Positions 1 through 10,742 of a stretch of DNA of 64,000 nucleotides are shown here, piece after piece. The DNA is taken from positions 1 through 64,000 of the IMG/VR virus record IMGVR_UViG_3300009448_000011; one strand, given 5' to 3'. Source of the DNA: a virus. A model generated the notes under the pieces. That model did no database searches and was not told where the DNA came from. It saw only the letters and a list, made by a program, of their open reading frames with translations. The number at the start of each line of letters is the position of its first letter. Within the stretch, counting starts at the first letter, position 1. Both the position numbers and the translations under genes were made by a program.

Positions 1-1
1 A

Positions 2-1606
2 TTTAAGTCAGTAATTGCGGGCACTAATATTAATGTAAGTAATAATTCTACTTCTTTAACTATTAATACTGAGGCAGAAGCTAATACTGCAACTAATTTA
101 GGCACAGGAAGCGGAATTTTTAGTAATAAAGTAGGGGAAGATTTACAATTTAAATCACTAGTAGCAGGAACTAATATTGATTTAACTAGTAACAGTAACA
201 CTATTACTATTAATTCAACAGGAGGAGGAGGAGGAGAAGCCAACACTGCCTCTAATTTAGGAACAGGACTAGGACTATTTTTTTCTAAAATAGGAGACGA
301 CTTAAGATTTAAATCATTAACTTCAAGTAATCATATAAATTTTTTAGCCACGTCTAGTGAAATTAATATTTCCACTGCTGCAGAAATAAATACTGCGACT
401 AATGTAGGGACAGGGACTGGAATTTTTAGTAATAAAGTTGGAGAAGATTTAAGATTTAAATCACTAGTAGCAGGAACTAATATTAATTTAACTAGTGGTA
501 GTGACAGTATTACTATTAGTGCAGCAGGAGGAGGTGCAGCAGGAGAAATAAATACGGCATCTAATTTAGGAACAGGAATAGGAATATTTTCTGCTAAAGT
601 AGGGGTTGACTTAAGTTTTAAGTCATTAATTGCGGGAACTAATACTACTATAAACACTACTAGTAATGAAGTTACTATTAACAGTAGTGGAGAAGCTAAC
701 ACTGCTTCTAACTTAGGGACAGGAACTAATTTATTTGCGTCTAAAACAGGAATAGATCTACAATTTAAATCATTAACAACAGGAAGTAGATTAAGTTTAG
801 CGGCTACTGCTTCTGAAGTTAATATTACTACAACAGCAGAAGCTAATACTGCGTCTAATTTAGGAGCAGGGATAGGAATATTTGAATCTAAAAGTAGTGA
901 AGATTTAAGATTTAAATCATTAATTGCGGGAACTAATACTACTATAAATGCAGACAGTTCTTCTATTACGTTTAACAGTAGTGGAGAAGCTAATACTGCG
1001 TCTAATTTAGGAACAGGAACTAATTTATTTGCGTCTAAAACAGGGGTAGATTTACAATTTAAATCATTAATTGCGGGAACTAATACTTCTATTACTAGTG
1101 ATGCAACTAGTATTACTATCTCTAGTACGGGAGGTGGAGGTGGAAGTGGAGAAGTAAATACTGCATCTAATATTGGACCTGGAGGCGGCGTAGGAATTTT
1201 CAGTAATAAAGTAGGTGTAGACTTACAATTTAAAACTTTATTTTTTACTAGTTTTGACACAGTAGTAACAAGTGACGCTAATAGTATTACTATTGACAAA
1301 CATCCTAATCGTTTATTAAATAACGTATTTAGTTCAGCTAGTAATGTTACATTAACTAATGACAATTTTTCATATATTTATATTGAAGCATTAGCTAATA
1401 TAGATTTAATTTTGCCTACTAGCCCCCTTTCTAATATGTACTTTAAAGTAAGAAGTACAAATGGAACTAACACAATTACTATTAAAGAAAATGGATCTAC
1501 TATTTTTGTTTTAGGAATAGGCGTTAATAATGGAGCAGGAGTTAATACTTACATGTTGGCAGATTTTCATTATATAGATGGAGTTTGGATAAGTAATTTA
1601 TACTAA
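2..1606 (+). CDS. Repeat-rich tail fibre-like protein, 5'-truncated by the window edge
   Basis: Frame 2 reads open from base 2 (FKSVIAGTNINV...) and is in frame with the listed ORF 1412..1606. It has about 8 copies of a ~48-54 aa unit EANTASNLGTGxGIFxxKxGxDLxFKSLxAGTN with Gly linkers. Confidence 0.8.
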   Translation, partial: FKSVIAGTNINVSNNSTSLTINTEAEANTATNLGTGSGIFSNKVGEDLQFKSLVAGTNIDLTSNSNTITINSTGGGGGEANTASNLGTGLGLFFSKIGDDLRFKSLTSSNHINFLATSSEINISTAAEINTATNVGTGTGIFSNKVGEDLRFKSLVAGTNINLTSGSDSITISAAGGGAAGEINTASNLGTGIGIFSAKVGVDLSFKSLIAGTNTTINTTSNEVTINSSGEANTASNLGTGTNLFASKTGIDLQFKSLTTGSRLSLAATASEVNITTTAEANTASNLGAGIGIFESKSSEDLRFKSLIAGTNTTINADSSSITFNSSGEANTASNLGTGTNLFASKTGVDLQFKSLIAGTNTSITSDATSITISSTGGGGGSGEVNTASNIGPGGGVGIFSNKVGVDLQFKTLFFTSFDTVVTSDANSITIDKHPNRLLNNVFSSASNVTLTNDNFSYIYIEALANIDLILPTSPLSNMYFKVRSTNGTNTITIKENGSTIFVLGIGVNNGAGVNTYMLADFHYIDGVWISNLY

Positions 1607-1614
1607 GTAAAAAA

Positions 1615-1797
1615 ATGGCATCAAATAACTTTGTTTCAACTGGAACTGGATTTAGATCAAATATACCTACGTCTACTGCTAATTTTGAAAAAGTAATTAG
1701 CGGTAGATTATATATTCCTCGTAGAATGAGTGTCACTATTGATGATACTCTTGTAAACACTTTTATAGTAGAAAACGTAACTAATCAAAGAGTTTAA
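1615..1797 (+). CDS. Small hypothetical protein in tail module
   Basis: 60-aa ORF tightly packed between tail genes. Confidence 0.55.
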   Translation: MASNNFVSTGTGFRSNIPTSTANFEKVISGRLYIPRRMSVTIDDTLVNTFIVENVTNQRV

Positions 1798-1802
1798 ATA
1801 TT

Positions 1803-2762
1803 ATGACTTTAGTTTTTGGAAATGGCGGAACACCCTCGGGCAATAATCCTTATGTAGGGTTGTCTTATACTACTGCAATAGAATTAATAACACATATTCA
1901 TGATGTTTTAGTAAGTGCAGGCTGGACTTTAGTTTCAGGATCAATTGCAGGGGCTAATATTACTATGGAAGGAACGTCTAGTGCAGGCAACTGTAGAACT
2001 AACTTTACTGCATCAGCAGGAATTCTTAGTGTAGCAGTAGGAATTTCTTCAATAGTCACTTCCGCTTTAACTTATCAATATTCTACAGGAGCTAGTAATA
2101 CTATTTTTATTACTGCTGATACTCACGCAGGAGCTATAGCTAATTTTCCTTCAAGTGGAGTAGGAGAAGTAGGGCATTTTGGATTTCCTAATTTAATATA
2201 TAGCAATGACAGTACTGCTATATATTGTGGAAAAGCTTTTACAATGGCGGATACAACCACCTATCCTGTTACAATGCCCTCAGGCTCAAATACAGCTTAT
2301 GATTTATGTCAAGTTGTATCTGCAGCATTTTCAGGGGGCCCTACACTACTTGGAGATGCTTATTCTAATTCAGCAACAGCTAGCCCACTTAGTACAGGTG
2401 TGAGTTATCCTGTGCATACTACTTTTAATATAAATTCAGGAGTTAGAGGTATGGCGGCAGGAAATCTTCCTTCTTCCTCTACTAACACTAATACAGCTTA
2501 TTTTGGGCATATAGGAGGTAATGATACAAGAAGTAATTTACCTATTGCAGGCCCCTATTATTATTTAGAAGGTAGAGGAAGTTCTACTTCGTATGGTAAT
2601 ACATTAGGAACAGGGATTGCACCTACATTAAACATGAGAGGCTTAATTCCATTTCTTGCTACTGGATTTAGTCATTTATCTTCTTTTACACAATGGAATA
2701 CTAGTAGCAATAAAGTATACATAACAGGAGATATTGGATTTCAAGGAATGAGGATTGCCTAA
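1803..2762 (+). CDS. Putative tail/receptor-binding structural protein, paralog A
   Basis: Gly/Ser/Thr-rich; shares N-terminus (NGGTPxGNN) and C-terminus (PFLATGFSHL...QWNTSS..VYITGD..FQGMRIA) with the next gene. Confidence 0.6.
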   Translation: MTLVFGNGGTPSGNNPYVGLSYTTAIELITHIHDVLVSAGWTLVSGSIAGANITMEGTSSAGNCRTNFTASAGILSVAVGISSIVTSALTYQYSTGASNTIFITADTHAGAIANFPSSGVGEVGHFGFPNLIYSNDSTAIYCGKAFTMADTTTYPVTMPSGSNTAYDLCQVVSAAFSGGPTLLGDAYSNSATASPLSTGVSYPVHTTFNINSGVRGMAAGNLPSSSTNTNTAYFGHIGGNDTRSNLPIAGPYYYLEGRGSSTSYGNTLGTGIAPTLNMRGLIPFLATGFSHLSSFTQWNTSSNKVYITGDIGFQGMRIA

Positions 2763-3754
2763 TGCCCTTAATTTTTTCAAATGGAGGGACTCCTGTAGGA
2801 AATAATGCTTATCAAGGCGTTACCTACACTTCCGCTTTGCAATTGTATAATCATCTTTCTTCTATTTTAATAAAAGCAGGATGGCTTTCTACAGGTTCTT
2901 CGGGAAATACTTATTATTTTAAGTGTTTTTATGGGAATTTACAAAGTCAAAATATTCATTTTATTTTTACAGATAACTTTAATAATACAACACAAGGAAG
3001 ATTAGGGTTTTATATACAAAATCATACAAACACAAGTAGTCATTATATTGAGTTCACTACAGGGAAAGAAAATACTATATTTATTGCAGCAAATAATTAT
3101 GCAGTAGCCATAGCTAATTTTCCTTTCGTAGGTACTGCTGAAATAATTCATTTAGGTTACTTAGATAATTTAGAGAGAGTATCTACTGAAGTGATTCAAA
3201 ATGCGACATATGCTTACGCGTATATTGGAAAAGCATTTACTGTATTAAATAATGACAGTGTATACCCTAGAACTATAAGTTCTACCAAATTATCTGGATA
3301 TGATTATTGTAATAGAGCAAGTGACAATGATTCTTCTCTTGGGTCTCATTTTGCAGGAACTGCGAGTATTAGTATTGCTTCAGCAATTCCTTTACACACT
3401 ATTCAAAATATAAATTCTGGGGCTAGAAGTTTAGCTGTAGGAAATTTAGCTGTCACAACTACTAACACTAATACAGCTTATTTTGGAAATATTGGAAATA
3501 ATGACGAAAGAAGTAATTTACCTATTATTGCACCTTACTATTATTTAGAAGGAGAAGGTGCAGTAAATATTATAGGAAATCTATTTGGATCTACTAGAGG
3601 AATAGGGGTTGCACCTACATTAAATTTTAGGGGAACAGTGCCATTTCTTGCTACTGGATTTAGTCATTTACCTTCTTTTAGTCAATGGAATACTAGTAGT
3701 GGCCACGTATATATAACAGGAGACGTTTCTTTTCAAGGAATGAGAATTGCTTAA
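2762..3754 (+). CDS. Putative tail/receptor-binding structural protein, paralog B
   Basis: Tandem paralog of 1803..2762, coupled via TAATG overlap. Confidence 0.6.
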   Translation: MPLIFSNGGTPVGNNAYQGVTYTSALQLYNHLSSILIKAGWLSTGSSGNTYYFKCFYGNLQSQNIHFIFTDNFNNTTQGRLGFYIQNHTNTSSHYIEFTTGKENTIFIAANNYAVAIANFPFVGTAEIIHLGYLDNLERVSTEVIQNATYAYAYIGKAFTVLNNDSVYPRTISSTKLSGYDYCNRASDNDSSLGSHFAGTASISIASAIPLHTIQNINSGARSLAVGNLAVTTTNTNTAYFGNIGNNDERSNLPIIAPYYYLEGEGAVNIIGNLFGSTRGIGVAPTLNFRGTVPFLATGFSHLPSFSQWNTSSGHVYITGDVSFQGMRIA

Positions 3755-4101
3755 TGTTAACTAGTGTTGAAATAGGGTGGACAGTATTATTTAATGATCA
3801 TACTGGAACTAAGTGCCCGGCTTTAGTAACCAAAACATATACTGCTAATGATGCCCAAAGTACATTAGATCTTCATGTAGTTGGAATAAAAAATAATTCT
3901 TCTTTTGCTAGAGGTAAACTTGCAGTAGAGTATGGAGTGGATACTATTGGTAAATGGGAATATAGTGTTACCCGAGATATTAGAATTAATAAAAATGATT
4001 TACCAATAAATGGAGAAAGTTTAATATACAACTCAACTACTGATATGTTTGAAACTGAAACAGTAAATACAAATGTAGATATTGACGGAGGTACTTTTTA
4101 A
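3754..4101 (+). CDS. Small virion protein ending in DGGTF
   Basis: Coupled ORF; C-terminal IDGGTF motif shared with the next fibre gene. Confidence 0.55.
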   Translation: MLTSVEIGWTVLFNDHTGTKCPALVTKTYTANDAQSTLDLHVVGIKNNSSFARGKLAVEYGVDTIGKWEYSVTRDIRINKNDLPINGESLIYNSTTDMFETETVNTNVDIDGGTF

Positions 4102-4185
4102 AATATTTGCTTATTTAACTCTTTTTCTATTCATTAAACTTTAATTAGATTACATTATTAACTTTAACTTTAACTTTAATTTTTT

Positions 4186-5517
4186 ATGTCAGTTAAAATT
4201 CAAATTAAGCGCTCTTCAGCTACTGCGTCTCCCAGTACAATATTGGATATAGGAGAATTAGCGTATTCTTATTTAGGTAGTACGTTATACATAGGAGGAG
4301 TAGGAGGAGTAGGGGCTTCACCTATTCCAATAGGAGGTAGTGGAACTTTTGCTACTATTAATTCACCTATATTTACTGGAGATCCTCAAGTACCGACTCC
4401 TGCGGGTAATGATAACGACACATCTATTGCAAATACTGCCTGGGTTAAAGGTTTATCATTATCTAATTTTTTAACTCCTACAGGAAATATTAATTGGGGT
4501 AATAATAAATTAACTAACTTAGCCACTCCAACGGCAGCTACAGATGCTGCTAATAAAGGGTATGTTGACGGGTTAGTACAAGGATTAGATAGTAAAGAAT
4601 CTGTTAGGATGAAAACAACTGCTAACATTGTAGTTGCTGCCCCTGGAAATACTGCCGCTAACTTTGATGGAGTAGTACCTGTTCTTGGAGACAGAATATT
4701 ACTAACTAATCAAACAGTTCCTAGTGAAAATGGTATTTATGTTTACGACACTAATACTACGCCATTAATAAGAAGTAGCGATGCAACAACTAGTGCTCAA
4801 GTTACTGCAGGGCAATATATGTTTGTAGAAGAAGGGACTATTGCGGGGGATAGTGGTTGGATTTTAATTACAAATAATCCTATTGTATTAGAAACTACTG
4901 CATTAACCTATACACAATTTAATGGGGTAGGAGCTATTGTAGATGGAGGGGGGTTAGCGTATACAGGAAATGTATTAAATATAGGAACAGCATCTTCTTC
5001 ACGGATTGTAGTTAATGCAAATAATATAGATTTAGCGAGTACAGGAGTTAGTGCAAACACATATATTGGATTCACAATAGATGTGTATGGAAGAGTAACG
5101 GCAGTAGCTACTCCTACTACATTAGCAGGATATGGTATAACGGATGCACAAGGTTTAGATAGTGATTTAACTGCTATATCTGCGTTAACAACAACAGGAT
5201 TATTAAGTAGAACAGGAACAGGAACGTTTAGTACAAGAACATTAACAGGAACAACTGACAGAGTAACAGTTACGAATGGAGATGGAGTTGCAGGAGCACC
5301 TACGATAGATATTGCGGCTACGTATGTAGGTCAAACATCAATAACAACATTAGGAACAATAGCAACAGGTACGTGGCAAGGAACGATAGTAGGGGCTCAA
5401 TATGGAGGTACAGGATCTGACTTAACAGGAATAGGCAGTGCGGATTATTTAATTAAAACTAATGCAACAGGAACTGCGTTAATTACGACTAATTTTATTG
5501 ATGGAGGCACGTTTTAA
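4186..5517 (+). CDS. Tail fibre protein
   Basis: N-terminal IQIKRS...GELAY motif, DAANKGYVD motif, GDRILL..QT..SENGIY, VDxYGRVT-like and TTLAGYGITDA fibre motifs, C-terminal IDGGTF. Confidence 0.8.
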   Translation: MSVKIQIKRSSATASPSTILDIGELAYSYLGSTLYIGGVGGVGASPIPIGGSGTFATINSPIFTGDPQVPTPAGNDNDTSIANTAWVKGLSLSNFLTPTGNINWGNNKLTNLATPTAATDAANKGYVDGLVQGLDSKESVRMKTTANIVVAAPGNTAANFDGVVPVLGDRILLTNQTVPSENGIYVYDTNTTPLIRSSDATTSAQVTAGQYMFVEEGTIAGDSGWILITNNPIVLETTALTYTQFNGVGAIVDGGGLAYTGNVLNIGTASSSRIVVNANNIDLASTGVSANTYIGFTIDVYGRVTAVATPTTLAGYGITDAQGLDSDLTAISALTTTGLLSRTGTGTFSTRTLTGTTDRVTVTNGDGVAGAPTIDIAATYVGQTSITTLGTIATGTWQGTIVGAQYGGTGSDLTGIGSADYLIKTNATGTALITTNFIDGGTF

Positions 5518-5550
5518 TATATACTAAAAGAAACTAAATAGATATAGTAC

Positions 5551-6180
5551 ATGACTAGTATATTTAATACAATAGAAGTCAATACTGGTAGGGTAGCCAG
5601 AATAATAAACTTTTTAGAAAGTTCTTCTGAATTCTTTGTAGCAATAGGAAAATCCACCCCATGGGAAACCTCATATGGATTAAATATCACAGATACAAAT
5701 CCGCCGTTCCCGCTAGAGAATCAAAAAGAAATAGTAGAACCTATTTTATATAAACGAATTGAAATAGGGGTAGGAGGTACTAGTATTATTGCTCCTGCCA
5801 CTACTCAAACTCATTGTTCTGATTTTGATATAAACACAGAAGTACTGTCTTCTAATGTATTAGTGCAAGAAAGTACTGCGCAAAAAAACTTTAGATTTTT
5901 TACATTAGAAGAATTAAAAAATCAACAAGGAGAAATTATTAAAAATCCAGAATTTGTATATGTTCAAACTGAAATAAAAGATACAGAATACACACAAAGT
6001 AGTTGGAGAAGTTCTGCGTTATATACTAAGTTATTTTTAAAAGAAAATGTTCCTAGTAATTTAACTTTATATACTCCTGATCAAGTAAAAGGCGGGTTAT
6101 TACATCATTTAACATATAACACCCCTGTATTTCGACAATTAAATAAAACCCATAAGTTTGAATATATTATAAATGTGTAA
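5551..6180 (+). CDS. Baseplate protein (Twort/SPO1-like)
   Basis: AIGKSTPW...NPP.P...I.YKR and VYVQTEI motifs resemble the baseplate protein that precedes the DUF4815 protein in Herelleviridae-type phages; same gene order here. Confidence 0.65.
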   Translation: MTSIFNTIEVNTGRVARIINFLESSSEFFVAIGKSTPWETSYGLNITDTNPPFPLENQKEIVEPILYKRIEIGVGGTSIIAPATTQTHCSDFDINTEVLSSNVLVQESTAQKNFRFFTLEELKNQQGEIIKNPEFVYVQTEIKDTEYTQSSWRSSALYTKLFLKENVPSNLTLYTPDQVKGGLLHHLTYNTPVFRQLNKTHKFEYIINV

Positions 6181-6182
6181 TT

Positions 6183-9100
6183 ATGTCCTTAAATAACTAT
6201 AGAAATAATCCCAATTATCCTGACAGATATACTAGAAATAAAGAATGGAAAAAAGTGCTACCAATATCAGGTAGACCTATTCAAGCGGCAGAATTAACAG
6301 AAATTCAATCTATTATTCAAGATAATATTAAACAAGGGTTTGATACTTTATTTAAAAATGGAAGTATTATACAAGGATTAAGGATATCCACAGTATCACG
6401 TACATTTGATACTATAACTATTTCTATTAGTAATGGGCAATTATATATTGAAGGAATTATTGTAAATGTTAATCAAGCAACTTTAAGTATTCCTACTAAT
6501 GATATTTATAATGTAGTGGTAATTGTGAATGAAAATATCATTACTGAAAACGAAGATGATAGTTTAAGAGATCCTATTAAAGGTGGATTTGTATTAGGTA
6601 CACCTGGAGCAGCAAGATTAATATGGAGCACTAGTATAGGATTTAATACTACTAGTGAAATCATTGAAAATTCTTATGCAATAGGTCAGGTAATTAATGG
6701 AGTAGTTTTACAGAAAGAATTAAATGCTTTTTATGAAATAGAAAAAGTAATGTCGCAGTTTATTTATGAAAGAAGCGGCAATTTTTGTGTAGAAGGATTA
6801 GATACGAGTAGTATTGGATTGGATAAAAGATCTTCTTCTAATATAACGAAATACAATTCTCTTAAATCTGCAGTAGATGCCGCAGAAAATAATAAACAAA
6901 GTTCGCTAGCTAACCTAGTTGCTTTTCAAGGTTTAGTAAATACATTAAATACACAAGTACAAGAAGCACAGATTCAATCTTCCATTAATCCTACTGCGCA
7001 AAATAGTACAATACTGAGTTCTCTCCAGACACAATTATCCAAAGCTCAATCAGAATTTAGTAGATACTCCAATGAATTAGCGACTTCTCAAAAAGCGTTA
7101 GAAGCCGCTGCTTCTACTTTAAATAATTCAGAAAGTTTATTAACAGATCAACAAATTTTAAGTGTAGGCCCTGGTATTGCATATATAGAAGGATATAGAG
7201 TTTGTTTAAATTCGCCTACTAGATTATTTATACCTCAATCGTTACCTTCTACCTCAGTAGAAGCCACAACTTTTACTTTTAGAGGGTTAGTTTCTCAAAG
7301 TTTACGAGAATTTAGTTTAAAATCAGGTATTACTACAGAGCAAAATAATCAACAATATGTAAGTGTAGAAATTGATTTTAAAAATCTGCAAGTTAATGCA
7401 AATATTAATCCAATCCTTCCCACTAATAACTTTAATATTTCTGTTTTCTATAAAATTAATAACGCGTCTTCTCTTACTTTTATTATTGAAAATTTAATTA
7501 ACTCAATTAATGCTCCTACTTTATTGAATTCTAATATCTCATATAAACTATTTAATAATAGTGTTAGCGGTACACCAGAATTAACAGAAGATGCTAATGG
7601 AGAAATAGTAACAGAAGAAATAATAAAAAGTATATTATCAAAGTACATATTAACTACAAGTCCAACAAACACAAGTTTATTATTTAGTGCAACTAATTTT
7701 ACATTAGAAGCACCAAGTATTGTAATAGATGTGAAGTCTAAATTATATTTAAAAAGTAATGATAGTGTTGTAAGTAATCTATCTAATATTGGAGTAAGTA
7801 CAGCGTCACAATCATTATCTGAGCCTATATCTACATCAACGTATCAATTAGGATTTAGACCTGTTCAAAGAATCAATAGATTAGTAGCAAATTTAGAGAC
7901 TACTACTACTATAACGAGAGATGAAAACGATAGTGTTGATTTATTAAATGAAGATAGTGTAATAGGGATTAATTTAGTAAGTCAAACAGTAGGAGGTATT
8001 ACTAATATATTCAGTAGTGCTAATTATTATGCAACGCAGTCAGGAATAGGATGGAGACCGAATGCAACAGCGATACCAGCAAATGGAACTGCGTATCAAG
8101 TTTCTTTTATATACACAGAACCGCTAATTGAAGATACAGATTTTATTTTAAATAATAGTACAGATAGTATAGAGTTTATAGGAAGAACGCCAGCAGTCAA
8201 TAATACGTTTAATGTAGATTATTCTTATTCGTTATCTAAAGCGGGAATAATTACGTTAGATAAAGACGGAATATTAAGTTATTTATTATCGGCGCCTGCT
8301 AAAAATCCTATAGTGCCGGCGATCCCTAATAATAAATTAGGACTTTCTAGTTTTATATTAAGTAGTATAGATATAAATATAAATCAATTAGATTGTAAAA
8401 GACAAACAGTATCTGATTTATACAATTTAGCAGAAAGAATCAAACAAAATACTTTTAATAATCAAATACTAAAAGCGGATATTTATGCTTTAACTAACGC
8501 ACTTGCTTCAGGTAGTAATCCTATAGGAGTATATACAGATCCAATTATCAATCTAGATAAAATTGATGTTAAACAAACTACAGCTTCTATTGTGCCAGGA
8601 GTACAAGGATTTATGTGTGGTTTTTCTAGAAAAGAAAGTGAAACAAATTATAGTTTAACAAACACAACAAGCACTATTATTAATAATGAAATAGGAACAC
8701 CTCATTATGCAATTTTGCCTTTCACTGAAGTAAAGTTTTTTAATCAACCTAGGGCTACAAAAATAAGAGAAATAAACGCCATATCTAATTCCATTCAAAA
8801 AAGAGGACGTTTATATTCAAATTATAAATATGTATTTCTAACCGAAGAAAGTACAGAACCGTTTCCTGCGTCGACTATGTTCAAATCGACTATATTAAGC
8901 TCAAGTATGAAAATATCGCCATGTGATCCTATAACAAGAAGTGGTAATTTTTTTTCAGCGGTCAATAATAATTCAGAATTAGTTAAAAATATAATAACGA
9001 ATGTAAGAAATATATTAGGGCCGTATGGGAGTAAAATTATTCAATCGTTTATATCAAGATTACCTATATCAGTAAGTAATACGGATAATAATAATTTTGT

Positions 9101-10742
9101 GGCTAGAGCTTTTAATAATTATAAAGTTAAAGCAATTCAAATAGAATTAAAAGCGGAAGACTTGCCAGCAAATATTAAAGGTTTTAAAGTGTATGTAGAT
9201 GGTTATAAATGGTATAACTATACATTAAGAAATGGAACTATGAGTTCTATTGGAACTGGAACGTTTGCAGATGCTCAAGATGGATTTACTATTAAACCTG
9301 ATGGTACTGCTGAGTTAGCAATTATACTACCTGAAGAATTAAACACAGGAACGCATACTATTGAAATTAAAAAAGAAGGAGAGGGGTATTGTAAAACAAA
9401 TATACATTTTTATAATCCGCTTGTGAATCAATTAGTATTAACACCGCTTAAGGCTTGGAATACTTTTCCTATTACAACTAGCTCTGCTGAATTTTCCGCT
9501 TTAATTCCTTTAGATAATGCTAGTGAAGATTTAAATTTACTAGGTATTGATCCTAATTTAAACATAGAAGTAGTAGATAATACTATTAGTTTTACGCCTA
9601 CTATAGAAAAAGCTTTTCCACCTAAATACAGTACGTTAACACAAACGTTTGTACCTAATGAAGATTATTTTATTACAAAAGTAGGAATCAAGGTTGCGGA
9701 AGCACCCACAGGGCCCTATAACGAACTAAATATTTTATTACTAGACACTAATCAACAAATTCCTTTAAAACAAGTAAGAGGAATTGCGGCATCTCCTTCG
9801 TCTTACAATATAACTAATATTAGTTTATCTACTGAAGGAGTATACACTTACTTTAATTTTAATACTCCCCAATATATTAAACGTAATTATAAATACGGAA
9901 TAGGGTTAGAAAATTATTTAGGAGCAACTTTTAACGCTAATTACTCAGTTTATTCTGCTATTGCAGATGATATAGACATTAATACTAATAGTATTATAGG
10001 AGAACAATTATTTATTGATGGAGAACTTTTCACTTCTCAAGACGGATCTTCTTTATCTATAGAAACTAAAGAAGATTTAACTATGGAAATTTATCGCGCT
10101 GATTTTCAACCTTCTTCTGAAATAAATTTAGGTCTATTTACTACTGTCGGCGGCATTAATTTCTTTTGTTACAATACTTTAGATATTATTCCTCTAGGAA
10201 CAGAAATTAATTACTTTTATAAAATAGTTAATTCAACAGAATGGATTTCATTTAAACCAAATAGTGTACTATGTTTAAATGTAGATGCAGCAGGTATAGA
10301 AATTAAAGCAGTATTATTATCTAACTTTAAAAACCTGAGCCCTTTTCTATTATTGAAAGGATCTAGTTGCACTATGTATAATACAAATTTAAATAGTGTA
10401 GTTATTTCTAATCAAGTAGAATATCCTCAACCTTATAAAAAAATAACAATTATTATAGACTACATTAAACCTTCAGATACTGACATTGAAGTTTTTTATA
10501 GTCCAAATGATGGGTTTACTTTTCAAGGAGTAGAATGGAAAAAATTAACTCTTAATAATAATTCTACTATAGTCTTAGATAGTGTTTTACAAATATACAG
10601 GTCTACCTACTATTTAGAAGAAACTTCTTATATTTATATTAATTTAGATGAAAGAGTTAAGTTTCGTTATAGGTTAGATTTAACCTCTACTAATACAGGC
10701 ATAAGTCCTCTAGTTAAAAATATACAAACATATGTGGAATAA
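6183..10742 (+). CDS. DUF4815-like baseplate/adsorption-associated tail protein
   Basis: YPDRY...KVL...GRPIQAAELTEIQSI, L.DP..G...GAARL, YERSGNF.V.G, GPGIAYIEG motifs. Confidence 0.75.
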   Translation: MSLNNYRNNPNYPDRYTRNKEWKKVLPISGRPIQAAELTEIQSIIQDNIKQGFDTLFKNGSIIQGLRISTVSRTFDTITISISNGQLYIEGIIVNVNQATLSIPTNDIYNVVVIVNENIITENEDDSLRDPIKGGFVLGTPGAARLIWSTSIGFNTTSEIIENSYAIGQVINGVVLQKELNAFYEIEKVMSQFIYERSGNFCVEGLDTSSIGLDKRSSSNITKYNSLKSAVDAAENNKQSSLANLVAFQGLVNTLNTQVQEAQIQSSINPTAQNSTILSSLQTQLSKAQSEFSRYSNELATSQKALEAAASTLNNSESLLTDQQILSVGPGIAYIEGYRVCLNSPTRLFIPQSLPSTSVEATTFTFRGLVSQSLREFSLKSGITTEQNNQQYVSVEIDFKNLQVNANINPILPTNNFNISVFYKINNASSLTFIIENLINSINAPTLLNSNISYKLFNNSVSGTPELTEDANGEIVTEEIIKSILSKYILTTSPTNTSLLFSATNFTLEAPSIVIDVKSKLYLKSNDSVVSNLSNIGVSTASQSLSEPISTSTYQLGFRPVQRINRLVANLETTTTITRDENDSVDLLNEDSVIGINLVSQTVGGITNIFSSANYYATQSGIGWRPNATAIPANGTAYQVSFIYTEPLIEDTDFILNNSTDSIEFIGRTPAVNNTFNVDYSYSLSKAGIITLDKDGILSYLLSAPAKNPIVPAIPNNKLGLSSFILSSIDININQLDCKRQTVSDLYNLAERIKQNTFNNQILKADIYALTNALASGSNPIGVYTDPIINLDKIDVKQTTASIVPGVQGFMCGFSRKESETNYSLTNTTSTIINNEIGTPHYAILPFTEVKFFNQPRATKIREINAISNSIQKRGRLYSNYKYVFLTEESTEPFPASTMFKSTILSSSMKISPCDPITRSGNFFSAVNNNSELVKNIITNVRNILGPYGSKIIQSFISRLPISVSNTDNNNFVARAFNNYKVKAIQIELKAEDLPANIKGFKVYVDGYKWYNYTLRNGTMSSIGTGTFADAQDGFTIKPDGTAELAIILPEELNTGTHTIEIKKEGEGYCKTNIHFYNPLVNQLVLTPLKAWNTFPITTSSAEFSALIPLDNASEDLNLLGIDPNLNIEVVDNTISFTPTIEKAFPPKYSTLTQTFVPNEDYFITKVGIKVAEAPTGPYNELNILLLDTNQQIPLKQVRGIAASPSSYNITNISLSTEGVYTYFNFNTPQYIKRNYKYGIGLENYLGATFNANYSVYSAIADDIDINTNSIIGEQLFIDGELFTSQDGSSLSIETKEDLTMEIYRADFQPSSEINLGLFTTVGGINFFCYNTLDIIPLGTEINYFYKIVNSTEWISFKPNSVLCLNVDAAGIEIKAVLLSNFKNLSPFLLLKGSSCTMYNTNLNSVVISNQVEYPQPYKKITIIIDYIKPSDTDIEVFYSPNDGFTFQGVEWKKLTLNNNSTIVLDSVLQIYRSTYYLEETSYIYINLDERVKFRYRLDLTSTNTGISPLVKNIQTYVE

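Noticed and set aside
331-1365. 344-aa - strand ORF
   Set aside because: Antisense shadow of the repetitive + strand fibre gene that is open from base 2
1803-3754. Possible diversity-generating retroelement TR/VR pair
   Set aside because: Differences between the repeats are not adenine-specific, both copies are full genes, and there is no reverse transcriptase in the window
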